A stretch of 64,000 bases of DNA from an uncultured Candidatus Binatia bacterium. Lineage in GTDB: Bacteria > Desulfobacterota > Binatia > UBA9968 > CAXXLF01. The notes under the pieces are model-generated. The model saw nothing but the letters and a program-made list of their open reading frames with translations, was not told where the DNA came from and searched no databases. Each line of letters begins with the position of its first letter. The first letter of the stretch is position 1. Below are positions 20,580-29,996 of this stretch, piece after piece. The position numbers were made by a program, and so were the translations under genes. The stretch spans positions 3,488,001-3,552,000 of the forward strand of contig OZ244621.1 in assembly GCA_965218425.1 (NCBI GenBank), given 5' to 3'.

Positions 20580-21701
20580 ATGCTCTTTATAAACAACGAT
20601 GATGTGGCGCAGGTGCTCACCATGAAGGACACTCTTTCGGCGTTGGAAGAAGGACACCGGGAGCTGGCCAAGGGAGATCTGGTGGGAAGGCCCCGGGTGG
20701 ATGTTTACACCGAAACCGACGCGGAGGATAAGTTCCATCGCTGGGGTACCATGGAAGGGTCCAGCAAGGGGCTCCAGAGATTTGCCATCCGAATGAAATC
20801 CGATGTGGCCAGTTGGCCGGTGAGGCACGGCATTAGGGTTGAAGACAAGTACTGTGTTCAACCGGGACTGTTTTGCGGTTTGATCTTTTTGCTAAGTACC
20901 GAAAACGGGGAGCCCCTTGCCATCATGAACGACGGATACCTGCAACACATGAGAGTTGGGGCATACTTCGGGCTGGGGGCCAAGTACCTTGCCAGAAAGG
21001 ATGCTTCCGTGGTGGGGATGATCGGATCCGGGGGAATGGCCAAGAGCCATCTAAGGGCGTTTGCCGCTGTGAGGAACATCGAGAAAGCAAAGGTCTTCAG
21101 TCCCAACAAGGAACATAGAGAGCTTTACGCGAAGGAAATGGAGGAAGAATTAAAGCTGGAGGTGATCCCATGCCATAGTCGGGATGAGGCGGCCAAAGGA
21201 GTCGATATCCTTTCCACCTGCACCAACTCACAAGACCCGACGTTATTTGCGCGGATGGTGGAGCCGGGAATGCACCTGACCCAGGTGGCCAGTGAATTTG
21301 CGCCTGATGTCTACCCCGAAATCCATATTTGTATGGTTGGAGGACCCATGAGTCAGGTGGTGGGTGGTGTTGCGGTGGATGACTCCGAGGGCTTCCCCAC
21401 ATACCTGGCGGGAAATTTCGAAAAATTGAACAAGGCTCGCGGCCCCAAGCGGAGCCGCAAAAATAAAAATGACTTTGACGGGAACCTGATCTCCCTGGCG
21501 GATCTGGTGACGGGTAACGCACATGGAAGGGAGAGTGATAAAGAGGTGAGTTCATCCAGTGGAGTGAAGGTGAAAGGCGAAGACACCGTCAAAGGGCTTC
21601 AGTTCGTGACGGTGGGCTCCCTGGTGTATGACCTCGCCAGGAAGGCCGGACTGGGGCGAGAGTTGCCAACGGAACTATTCCTTCAGGATATTCGGGATTG
21701 A
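20580..21701 (+). CDS. Ornithine cyclodeaminase/mu-crystallin family protein
   Basis: AIRMKSD, DGYLQHMRVGA, GMIGSGGMA; close paralog of 7026-8129 (both end QDIRD). Confidence 0.9.
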   Translation: MLFINNDDVAQVLTMKDTLSALEEGHRELAKGDLVGRPRVDVYTETDAEDKFHRWGTMEGSSKGLQRFAIRMKSDVASWPVRHGIRVEDKYCVQPGLFCGLIFLLSTENGEPLAIMNDGYLQHMRVGAYFGLGAKYLARKDASVVGMIGSGGMAKSHLRAFAAVRNIEKAKVFSPNKEHRELYAKEMEEELKLEVIPCHSRDEAAKGVDILSTCTNSQDPTLFARMVEPGMHLTQVASEFAPDVYPEIHICMVGGPMSQVVGGVAVDDSEGFPTYLAGNFEKLNKARGPKRSRKNKNDFDGNLISLADLVTGNAHGRESDKEVSSSSGVKVKGEDTVKGLQFVTVGSLVYDLARKAGLGRELPTELFLQDIRD

Positions 21702-21748
21702 AAGAGCGGGTTAAGTGACGCCTTTCTGTCTGGGGGGAGGCAAAGAAG

Positions 21749-22813
21749 ATGGTCCTATTGCTCAATAATGAAGAGGTGGAGAGCTTGCTCACGATGGATA
21801 ACGTGATGCAGGTGTTGGATGAAGCTTATCTTGACATGGACAAGGGGCTCGCAGCCAATCGACCACGGACCTTCACAACCTGTCCCACGAGTCGTGGCCG
21901 ATTCACGGCCAATACCCACGAAGGTGTCCTGGCCAGCAAGAGCGTCTACGACATCAGAATCGTCACGCATCCCGTGATTTCCAAGGAGGAGGCGAGCACA
22001 ATAGGGGAACACGCGTCCCTCAACGTCTCGCTGGATCTCCTTTACGACACAGAAAGCGGCGATCTATTGGCCATTATCCAGGACGGCTTTTTGCAAAAGA
22101 TGCGGGTGCAGGCAACGAATGCAATTGCCGCACGCTACATGGCTAGAAAAGATACCGAAAAGATCGCGCTGCTAGGTTCGGGCTGGCAAGCCACAGCGGC
22201 AATCGCGGCTATGAGCTCCGTGCGGCCCATCAAAAGCGTTAAAGTGTACAGCCGCGACGCGGCGAGAAGAACGGAGTTTGCGGAACAGATGGGGCGCACT
22301 CATGAGGGCATCGAGGTCAAAGCTGTGGATCGCCCGGAGGAAGCGGTGCGTGGCGCCGACATGGTGGTGTGCGCGACCAATTCCAAGGTCCCGGTCTGTA
22401 AAGGGGAGTGGTTGGAGAAAGGCATGCATCTGACCGGCGTGCTTCCGGCCGAGTTTGATTTCGAGTGCTACAAGAGCGCCGACTACATCGTAATTTTCAA
22501 TCGGCTGCACGGTCGAGACTACGTCCTGAGCCGGAGTCCCGATGAAGTGCAGCTTGAACAGCCTCCTCACGCGGCCCTGCTCAAGGACGCTCCCGAGATC
22601 ATTGATCTGGTTTCCGGAAAGGCACCGGGCAGAAAGAATGATGACCAGATCACCATCTTTGCCAATGGCGGCCATGGATGGGGATTAGACGGAGGACCAG
22701 GCTATGGTATACAGTTTACCGCGGTGGCTAAGCTGGTCTACGATCTAGCAAAAGAGCGCGGCATGGGTCGCGAGCTGCCCCTAGATTGGTTCCAGCAGAA
22801 CGTGCGCTCTTAG
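21749..22813 (+). CDS. Ornithine cyclodeaminase/mu-crystallin family protein
   Basis: LLGSGWQA, ADMVVCATNS, GRKNDDQITIF. Confidence 0.9.
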   Translation: MVLLLNNEEVESLLTMDNVMQVLDEAYLDMDKGLAANRPRTFTTCPTSRGRFTANTHEGVLASKSVYDIRIVTHPVISKEEASTIGEHASLNVSLDLLYDTESGDLLAIIQDGFLQKMRVQATNAIAARYMARKDTEKIALLGSGWQATAAIAAMSSVRPIKSVKVYSRDAARRTEFAEQMGRTHEGIEVKAVDRPEEAVRGADMVVCATNSKVPVCKGEWLEKGMHLTGVLPAEFDFECYKSADYIVIFNRLHGRDYVLSRSPDEVQLEQPPHAALLKDAPEIIDLVSGKAPGRKNDDQITIFANGGHGWGLDGGPGYGIQFTAVAKLVYDLAKERGMGRELPLDWFQQNVRS

Positions 22814-22865
22814 GACCTTACCGATAAAATGTTCAACAGAACGACTTCAACAAAGTTTTTCGCGC

Positions 22866-22985
22866 CAAGACTCCGCCAGAGGACGGATCAGCCTTTGGCT
22901 GAGCCTTCGAATTAAAATTCGAGTTCCGAAGCTCAAAATCTCAAACAAACCAAAACACTCAAATCTAAAAATCGAAATCCAAAAC
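22866..22985. repeat. REP-like palindrome followed by A-rich degenerate heptamer repeats
   Basis: ccgccagaggacggatcagcctttggctga then aaattcg/agttccg/aagctca/aaatctc/aaatcta/aaaatcg/aaatcca. Confidence 0.45.
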
Positions 22986-23055
22986 GAGATTGTTTGGAAT
23001 ATTATGTTACGGCCCCAACAGGCCTCGTCATCCTTAGCCTGTGCAGGAGGAAGCC

Positions 23056-25371
23056 ATGTCGGTATCTAGCCAACGTAGAACGGTCCGCACTGGGTCCCAT
23101 TGGGGCATCTATACGGCAGAGGTGGAGAAGAACAAGGTTGTACGGATCAAACCCTTCGAGAAGGACCCGTATCCCAGCCGCATCCTCGAGGCAGTACCCA
23201 GCGCAGTTCATTCCCCGTGCCGTATCATGCGTCCGATGGTACGCAAGGGATGGTTGGCGCGAGGCGCGGAGAGCCACCGGTCGGGCCGCGGAGTGGAGCC
23301 TTTCGTTGCCCTGTCTTGGGATGAAGCCCTTGATCTATTGGCAGGGGAACTGGCTCGGGTCAAGAGGGAGTACGGCAACGAGGCCTTTTACGCCAGCTCC
23401 GGTTGGGCCAGTGCCGGGTGCTTTCATAACGCCCAGGCCCAGCTAACTCGCTTCTTCAACTGCTTCGGCGGCTTTGTCAGCCAGGTCACCAACTTCAGCT
23501 TTGGCGCGGCGTCGGTGATCTTGCCACGCATCGTGGGCACCATGCAGCCGGTCACAGGGCCGAGGACGGCATGGCCTACCATCGTCCAGCACACCAAGCT
23601 GATGGTGTTGTTCGGTGGGATGTCTCCCAAAAACTCCCAGGTCAATAAGGACGGCGTGGGCAGCCACGATGCGGAGGACTGGACAAAAAGAGCAAGGGCT
23701 GCGGGTGTGCGGTTCGTCAACGTCAGCCCGCTGCGGGACGACGTAGCGGACGGGCTGCAGGCCCAGTGGCTTCCCATCCGTCCCAATACCGACACCGCTT
23801 TTATGCTGGGCCTGATGCACACACTTGTAGAGGAAGACCTGCACGATGAGGCGTTTCTGTCCCGCTATTGTGTGGGCTTTGAGCGCTTCCGGGCCTATCT
23901 CATTGGCGCGAGCGACGGCGTGGCCAAGTCCGCCGACTGGGCCGCCAGCATAACGGACATTGATGCCGAGGCTATTCGCAGGCTGGCGCGGGGCATGGCG
24001 TCTACCCGAACCATGATTTCAGCGAGTTGGTCGGTCCAACGAGCCCATCATGGGGAGCAGCCCTACTGGGCGGCTGTTGTGCTAGCAGCCATGCTGGGAC
24101 AGATAGGTCTGCCGGGCGGCGGGTTCGGCTTCGGCTACGGCGCTAACGCCGGGGCAGGTAGCCCCCGTAGTCCTGTGCCGGTACCTTGGCTCCCTAAAGG
24201 CCAGAATCCCGTCAAGGCCTCTATCCCGGTGGCCCGGGTCACCAGTATGCTGCTCAACTCAGGGGCTCCCTTTGATTTCAACGGGCGGAGACTGACCTAT
24301 CCCGATATACACCTGATCTACTGGTGTGGAGGCAACCCTTTTCACAAGCTGCAGGATCTGAACCAACTGTTAAAGGCCTGGCAGAAGCCTGACACCATTG
24401 TCATCCACGAGCCCTGGTGGACGCCAGCGGCGCGGCGCGCGGACATCGTGCTACCCTGTGCCACCACACTGGAGCGGAACGATATAGGGGCGTCGCATTC
24501 GGACCGTTTCTGGTTCGCTATGCAACAGGCCATCGAGCCGGTGGGAGAGGCGTGTATGGAGTACGACATCTACACAGCTCTGGCCGAGCGACTTGGATTC
24601 AGGGAGGCTTTCACCGAGGGACGAAGCGAGGAAGAGTGGCTGCGAAATATGTACGACACAACAAGGCGGCAAGCCGCCCAGCAGAGTTTGAAGCTGCCCG
24701 ACTTCGACCAGTTCTGGGAGATAGGGCACTTCGAGTTCCCTGTCCCCGATGAACCGCCCGTGCTATTCGCCTCCTTTCGAGCCGACCCGGAGGCCAATCC
24801 CTTGCGGACACCTTCCGGCAAGATTGAGATATTCTCCGAAACCATTGACGGTTTTGGTTACGAGGACTGCCCGGGGCATCCGGTGTGGTTAGAACCTGCT
24901 GAGTGGTTGGGCTGCAAGAAAGCCGAGGCATACTCGCTGCATCTCATCTCCAATCAGCCGAGGGTGCGCTTGCACAGCCAACTAGACTGCGGGGAAGTCA
25001 GCGGCGCCAGCAAGATCGCGCATCGCGAGCCGGTGTGGATCAATTCCCAAGACGCCGCGGCGCGAGGAATCAACCATGGCGACGTAGTGCGGATCTACAA
25101 CGACCGCGGCGCTTGCTTGGCGGGCGCTTTTGTCACCGACCAGGTCCGGCCCGGTGTAATCCAGCTCCCTACCGGCGCCTGGTATGACCCTGTGGACGCG
25201 AGCGAGATAGGCGGCATGGATAAACACGGGAATCCCAACGTTCTGACCATGGACATTGGCACATCCAAGCTGGCCCAGTGCTGCTCTGCCCAGACCACAC
25301 TGGTACAGTTGGAGCGTTTCAACGGCCCAGTGCCCGATGTCACCACCTTCACCCCCCCGCCCACGATCTAG
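23056..25371 (+). CDS. Molybdopterin (bis-MGD) S/N-oxide reductase, BisC/TorA/DMSO reductase clade, no Tat signal
   Basis: SHWG start, PMVRKGWL, NFSFGAA (Ser ligand), WCGGNPFH, RLHSQL, HGNPNVLT. Confidence 0.9.
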   Translation: MSVSSQRRTVRTGSHWGIYTAEVEKNKVVRIKPFEKDPYPSRILEAVPSAVHSPCRIMRPMVRKGWLARGAESHRSGRGVEPFVALSWDEALDLLAGELARVKREYGNEAFYASSGWASAGCFHNAQAQLTRFFNCFGGFVSQVTNFSFGAASVILPRIVGTMQPVTGPRTAWPTIVQHTKLMVLFGGMSPKNSQVNKDGVGSHDAEDWTKRARAAGVRFVNVSPLRDDVADGLQAQWLPIRPNTDTAFMLGLMHTLVEEDLHDEAFLSRYCVGFERFRAYLIGASDGVAKSADWAASITDIDAEAIRRLARGMASTRTMISASWSVQRAHHGEQPYWAAVVLAAMLGQIGLPGGGFGFGYGANAGAGSPRSPVPVPWLPKGQNPVKASIPVARVTSMLLNSGAPFDFNGRRLTYPDIHLIYWCGGNPFHKLQDLNQLLKAWQKPDTIVIHEPWWTPAARRADIVLPCATTLERNDIGASHSDRFWFAMQQAIEPVGEACMEYDIYTALAERLGFREAFTEGRSEEEWLRNMYDTTRRQAAQQSLKLPDFDQFWEIGHFEFPVPDEPPVLFASFRADPEANPLRTPSGKIEIFSETIDGFGYEDCPGHPVWLEPAEWLGCKKAEAYSLHLISNQPRVRLHSQLDCGEVSGASKIAHREPVWINSQDAAARGINHGDVVRIYNDRGACLAGAFVTDQVRPGVIQLPTGAWYDPVDASEIGGMDKHGNPNVLTMDIGTSKLAQCCSAQTTLVQLERFNGPVPDVTTFTPPPTI

Positions 25372-25562
25372 AGTCCCGAATGTCTTACATTCCTTTTCTA
25401 ATCATTCTCTGTTTAGGCTCACGGGTCGGCAACAACACCTTCCGGGTAGGGGGTGGCGGTCTGGTCCGGTTCTCCGCGCTGCAGCAGAATCTCGGAAGAA
25501 TTGTTTCTGCGAGCGGAGACCTATAATTCTATGACTCAAGGAACAAGAAGAGGTAACTAGCT

Positions 25563-26573
25563 ATGGAGCCAATCAAAGAGGGTGTTCGGAATCTGGTCAA
25601 CCATTGCGCTGAGGTAAAAAAAGGTGATGAAGTTCTCATCCTTAACGAGTATGGCAAGGTGGATGAAGAAATTGCGGCTCTGGTAACGGAAGCCGTAAAA
25701 GAAACAAAGGCTAACTATCATGTGATGTGGGCGGAGTCCATAGAATCGGGAAGGACATCACTTTCCAAGGTGCTCGTTGGCGCTTTTCTTTCAGCGGATA
25801 AGGTGATCTCAAATTTCTCCCTCAATCGGGTGCTCCTTGACGAGTACACGCATGGGAAGGGCGTGATCCAGATCAACAATACTTGTCGCAATCCCAACCT
25901 CATGGGGACACCGCACGCGCGCTACCACTGGTCCATGGTAAAAGCGATTTACTCTCGGCTCGAGGAGATCCTTCAGCAGGCTGAGCGGTGGCGCATTACC
26001 TCACCAGCGGGCACCGATATTTCCGGAAAGATAGGAAAGAATAGCGATGTGGCTGACGCTTACTTCAGTCAGGAAGCTGCCGCTTCGCGCTTCATTCGCG
26101 TTTTTCCCGGAGAGGTTTACAGTCCTGTGGGCTCCATTGAGGCCGCAGGAAAGATTGTCGTGGAGTATATTAACATGCGCGACCAGACGCCGTGGGAAGA
26201 AACCGCAACGCTCACCATCCAAAGTGACAAGGTAGTGCAGTTAGATGGAGGAAGTCGGGCAAAGGAGATGGAGCAAGCGCTCGACGTAAACCTTAGGAAA
26301 TTTGGCGACAAAGCGACCGTCGTGGATTCGTGGCACGGCGGGATGAATCCCAAAGCCAGGGTGCCCACCGCGGAAAACCGTACCCTTCTGGGTGCAACGA
26401 GTAGCCCAGCCCTGCTGCATTTTCACCTGGGGAGGATAAAGAGTCCGATTTCAACTGGCATCCTCAATCACACGGTGGAAGTAGACGGGAAAAAAATTTT
26501 CGAGGGCGGCAGATTGCTAATTCTTGACGACACAAAAATAAAAGATGCGGAACGGCAATACGGTCTCCCTTAA
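25563..26573 (+). CDS. M29 aminopeptidase-like/NicX-like fold protein of unknown function
   Basis: CAEVKKGDEVLI, RITSPAGTDI, PGEVYSP, TVEVDGKKIFEGG pattern. Confidence 0.6.
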   Translation: MEPIKEGVRNLVNHCAEVKKGDEVLILNEYGKVDEEIAALVTEAVKETKANYHVMWAESIESGRTSLSKVLVGAFLSADKVISNFSLNRVLLDEYTHGKGVIQINNTCRNPNLMGTPHARYHWSMVKAIYSRLEEILQQAERWRITSPAGTDISGKIGKNSDVADAYFSQEAAASRFIRVFPGEVYSPVGSIEAAGKIVVEYINMRDQTPWEETATLTIQSDKVVQLDGGSRAKEMEQALDVNLRKFGDKATVVDSWHGGMNPKARVPTAENRTLLGATSSPALLHFHLGRIKSPISTGILNHTVEVDGKKIFEGGRLLILDDTKIKDAERQYGLP

Positions 26574-26650
26574 GGATCTATCGGCGATTGTTTCGGACTT
26601 GGATTAATTCTATATACGTATAACGAAAGAAGGAGTCAGGAGTAGCGGGC

Positions 26651-27727
26651 ATGGTCTACTTTATTAACAATGATGACGTGCAGAGGCTGCTTTCGCTGGG
26701 AGATTGCATGGACGCGACGGAAAAGGCCTACCGGGAGTGGGATGCGGGGCAGGCGGCAATAAGGTCAAAGACTTCTCTGTACGTCTACAATCGGGAGGAG
26801 AACACCCGTTACAACTTCACCAGCATGGAAGGGGCGGTTGAGAGTCTAGGCATATTCGCCATTAGAATGCGATCGGATATTGAAAGACGGCTTTCAGCTT
26901 CTGTTATGGGGCGGTTACCAGCGGGAACGGAGAAGGGATACTGCGGCCTGATTCTCCTTTTCAGTACCAAAACGAAGGAACCTCTAGCGATTATCAACGA
27001 TGGATATATCCAGCACGCTCGGGTTGCGGCTGTTGCGGGGATTGCCGCAAAGTATTTAGCCCGCGAAGATGCGTCGGTGCTGTGCCTGTTAGGTTCCCAA
27101 TGGATGGCCCGGACCCATGCGATGGCATTCAGTGAATCCAGGCCAATAAAGGTCATTCAGGTCTACAGCCCCACAAAGGAGCACCGGGAGGCATTTGGCC
27201 GCGAAGTTGGCGACCGACTCGGTGTGGAAGTTCGTGTGAAGAGCAGTGCCGAGGAAGCTGTCAGGGGAGCCCATATCGTTGCATGTTGTACTGATTCTCA
27301 CCGAAAGGCGGTTCTTCAGGGTGAATGGCTGGAAGAAGGGATGTTTATCAGCAATGTATTGGCCGCGGAGCTAGACGAGAAAACCATGGCTCGAATCGAC
27401 TATACCGTAAAAAACCAACCCCTGAGGAATCTGGACTCGGCCGTGAATATTGCTGGAGTGCCGCCGGAAGGAGTAGCATCGCCCAGCGAGGGCAGGGGCT
27501 GGCTCAAACAGGTGAGCCGGGAAACTCCTCTTCTCTCGGAGGTGATCACGGGAAAGGCCAAGGGCCGACTCAACCCTAGGCAAATAACATTCTTTTGCAA
27601 TAACGAAGGTACCGGCATTCAGTTTGCCGCCGCTGGCGCTGCCATACTATCCAAGCTGAAAGAAAAAGGCTTGGGAGGTATCAAGGAGGTGCCGTCGAAA
27701 TGGTTTTTTCAGGACATTCCGGATTGA
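26651..27727 (+). CDS. Ornithine cyclodeaminase/mu-crystallin family protein
   Basis: AIRMRSD, DGYIQHARVAA, LLGSQWMA. Confidence 0.88.
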   Translation: MVYFINNDDVQRLLSLGDCMDATEKAYREWDAGQAAIRSKTSLYVYNREENTRYNFTSMEGAVESLGIFAIRMRSDIERRLSASVMGRLPAGTEKGYCGLILLFSTKTKEPLAIINDGYIQHARVAAVAGIAAKYLAREDASVLCLLGSQWMARTHAMAFSESRPIKVIQVYSPTKEHREAFGREVGDRLGVEVRVKSSAEEAVRGAHIVACCTDSHRKAVLQGEWLEEGMFISNVLAAELDEKTMARIDYTVKNQPLRNLDSAVNIAGVPPEGVASPSEGRGWLKQVSRETPLLSEVITGKAKGRLNPRQITFFCNNEGTGIQFAAAGAAILSKLKEKGLGGIKEVPSKWFFQDIPD

Positions 27728-27946
27728 TGTCACTACCTGAGTTTTGGTTGGGGAATGCTTCGACATAGTATGCGTATGCGCCTGACGGGGTTTATACCAA
27801 ACCCGGAGTCTGTTATGAGTGGGTGAGTTTGATTAGGGACGTTATTCGGTGGGCGGAGAGGCAAGATGTTATTGTTCTAATATTCAAATATATCAGTTAG
27901 ATGAATTCTATTATCTAATAATTTACATTAGCCAAGGAATGTCGTT

Positions 27947-29119
27947 GTGTTAGAGCAAGAAACAAACGAACTCTTGTGCCGGGTGGGTTCCGGCACACCC
28001 ATGGGCGATTTACTTCGACGCTATTGGATGCCCGTTGCGCCCAAGGTCGAGGTTGATGAGAAGGGTAAACGGCCCGTGAAGATTTTGGACGAGGACCTGC
28101 TGATCTTCAAAGACGGAAAAGGTCGATACGGACTTGTCCAGGAAGCTTGCTCGCACAGGGGTACCTCCCTCTCCTACGGCATGATAGAGGAGGATGGAAT
28201 TCGGTGCCCCTATCATGGCTGGAAATACGACGTCAACGGGAAATGCCTCGAGCAACCCGCGGAGCCTCCCGAAAGCACCTTTAAGGATACGATCAAACAC
28301 CCCGCGTATCCCGTGCGAGAATTAGGGGGCTTGTTATTTGCTTACCTGGGCCCGCAACCGGTTCCATTGCTCCCCAATTACGACATCCTGGTGCGGGAGG
28401 ACTGGGTGCGCCGCATCGAGATCCATCCGGTGCTTGACTGTAACTGGTTACAGCCCATGGAGAACTCGGTGGATCCGGCTCACCTCTACTGGCTCCATGG
28501 CCTTACAGGCGGGGCGCCGGCCACTCGAGACGAACGCATGGAATTCGAGCTCTTCGAGTATGGGATGTACAAATATCACTACGGGCGAAAGCGGATGGAA
28601 GTCCACCCTGTGGTATTTCCCAACATCCTAAGAGGAACCGGCAACGTAATTCACTACAGGGTTCCCGTGGATGACACCCACACGAGAATCATCTATGTCA
28701 TTTACTCCCCCACCCAGGACGGAAAGCCCAGCGGGCAAGAGGAAGTTCCATTCAAGTACATTGGCCCCATCAAAGAAGCTTACGATGACTTTGGATTTCA
28801 AAGGTACAAGCACCATATGAAGACCTTTGCCAGTCAGGATGCCATGGCGTGGGAAACCCAGGGTCCAATGGCGGATCGAACCAAAGAGCACCTGGCGTCC
28901 AGTGACCGGGGTATCGTAATGTTTCGCCAAATGCTTCGCCTTCAGATGGAAGCGGTGAAAAGAGGCGAGGATCCCATGGGTGTCATAAGAGAACCAGAGA
29001 AAAACAGGCTGATTGAATTCAAGGTTCAGATGGTGGATCGAGAGACCGGAAAGGAGATCCCCATCTCTAATTATGACGAGAGGAGCTTTGCCAAGCCCAT
29101 CAGCGAAAGAAGAAGGTGA
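27947..29119 (+). CDS. Rieske oxygenase (phthalate 4,5-dioxygenase-like)
   Basis: CSHRG...CPYHGW; ENSVDPAHLYWLH; QDAMAWETQG. Confidence 0.9.
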   Translation: MLEQETNELLCRVGSGTPMGDLLRRYWMPVAPKVEVDEKGKRPVKILDEDLLIFKDGKGRYGLVQEACSHRGTSLSYGMIEEDGIRCPYHGWKYDVNGKCLEQPAEPPESTFKDTIKHPAYPVRELGGLLFAYLGPQPVPLLPNYDILVREDWVRRIEIHPVLDCNWLQPMENSVDPAHLYWLHGLTGGAPATRDERMEFELFEYGMYKYHYGRKRMEVHPVVFPNILRGTGNVIHYRVPVDDTHTRIIYVIYSPTQDGKPSGQEEVPFKYIGPIKEAYDDFGFQRYKHHMKTFASQDAMAWETQGPMADRTKEHLASSDRGIVMFRQMLRLQMEAVKRGEDPMGVIREPEKNRLIEFKVQMVDRETGKEIPISNYDERSFAKPISERRR

Positions 29120-29204
29120 TTTGCTTCGAACCCGGCAAACATTTTGCAACTTGCCTTTATGATCCCCTTCAGAAATCTGCCGTGAAATGCCGGCGGAGAT
29201 TGCC

Positions 29205-29909
29205 ATGGCTCTGAGTTTTTCCGAGCAGTTGAGAGCCCTTCGCGACAACAACCACAGCAAAGATCACCCCTTTTTTGAACTCTGGGCCCAGGGAAAGCTT
29301 ACCAAAAAGCAAACGGCCCTCTACTGCGTACAGCATCATCGTTATGTAACCGGCTACATCAATTGGCTCGCCTACGAATCGTCTCAAATCCCTCATCGTG
29401 ACGTGAAGCCCTATTTGTTCGAAAACCTGGGCGATGAGGAGAGTGAGGAAGACAGGCATCTCGATATGCTCATGGATTACGTTGCGGTCTGCGGGCTTCG
29501 CGCACAAGAGGTTGAGACCGGGAAAAGCCTCGCAGCCACAGAGGCGTTACAGAACTGGGGCTGGCGATTGGTGTACCAGTGGCCCTGGCAAGCTGCTTTG
29601 GCTGGTATGTTTATCGGCCTCGAGTCACAGTTCCTCGATATCTGCAAGAAGATCGTCCCCGCCCTCCACAGGCACTATGGTTGGCCTCAGGGCGCCCGGC
29701 AGATTCGCTTTTTCGAGCGGCACATTGCTGCTGACGAGATCCACGGGCGAAAGGGATTTGCCATCGTGGAAAAGTATTGTACAACCCAGGAGCACAGAGA
29801 GTTGGCGCTGAAAGCCGTGGAAGAAGCCACGCGCAAGCGTTAGGAGTACATGAACGGCATCTACTGGTTCGCTGTAAATGGAAGAGAGGATGACGCCCCA
29901 CGATTGTAG
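29205..29909 (+). CDS. Heme-oxygenase-like diiron protein (CADD/PqqC/TenA superfamily); premature TAG at 29841-29843 removes the last ~22 aa
   Basis: HPFF, ENLGDEE, RHLDML, GLESQF, FFERHIAADEIHG; frame continues EYMNGIYW after TAG. Confidence 0.75.
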
Positions 29910-29996
29910 GAAGTTATTAGGAAAGCGAGTTCCTAGGGTGAGTTCATAGACCTCATGAAAGATGGCCCGCGTTCCTCGCGGTCCGAAAGGAACTTC

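Noticed and set aside
4228..29909. Genome-wide TAG recoding or pyrrolysine use
   Set aside because: TAG terminates many intact genes (e.g. 591, 4165, 6539, 11340). The two internal TAGs fit single transitions from CAG and TGG, and no pyl genes are in the window.
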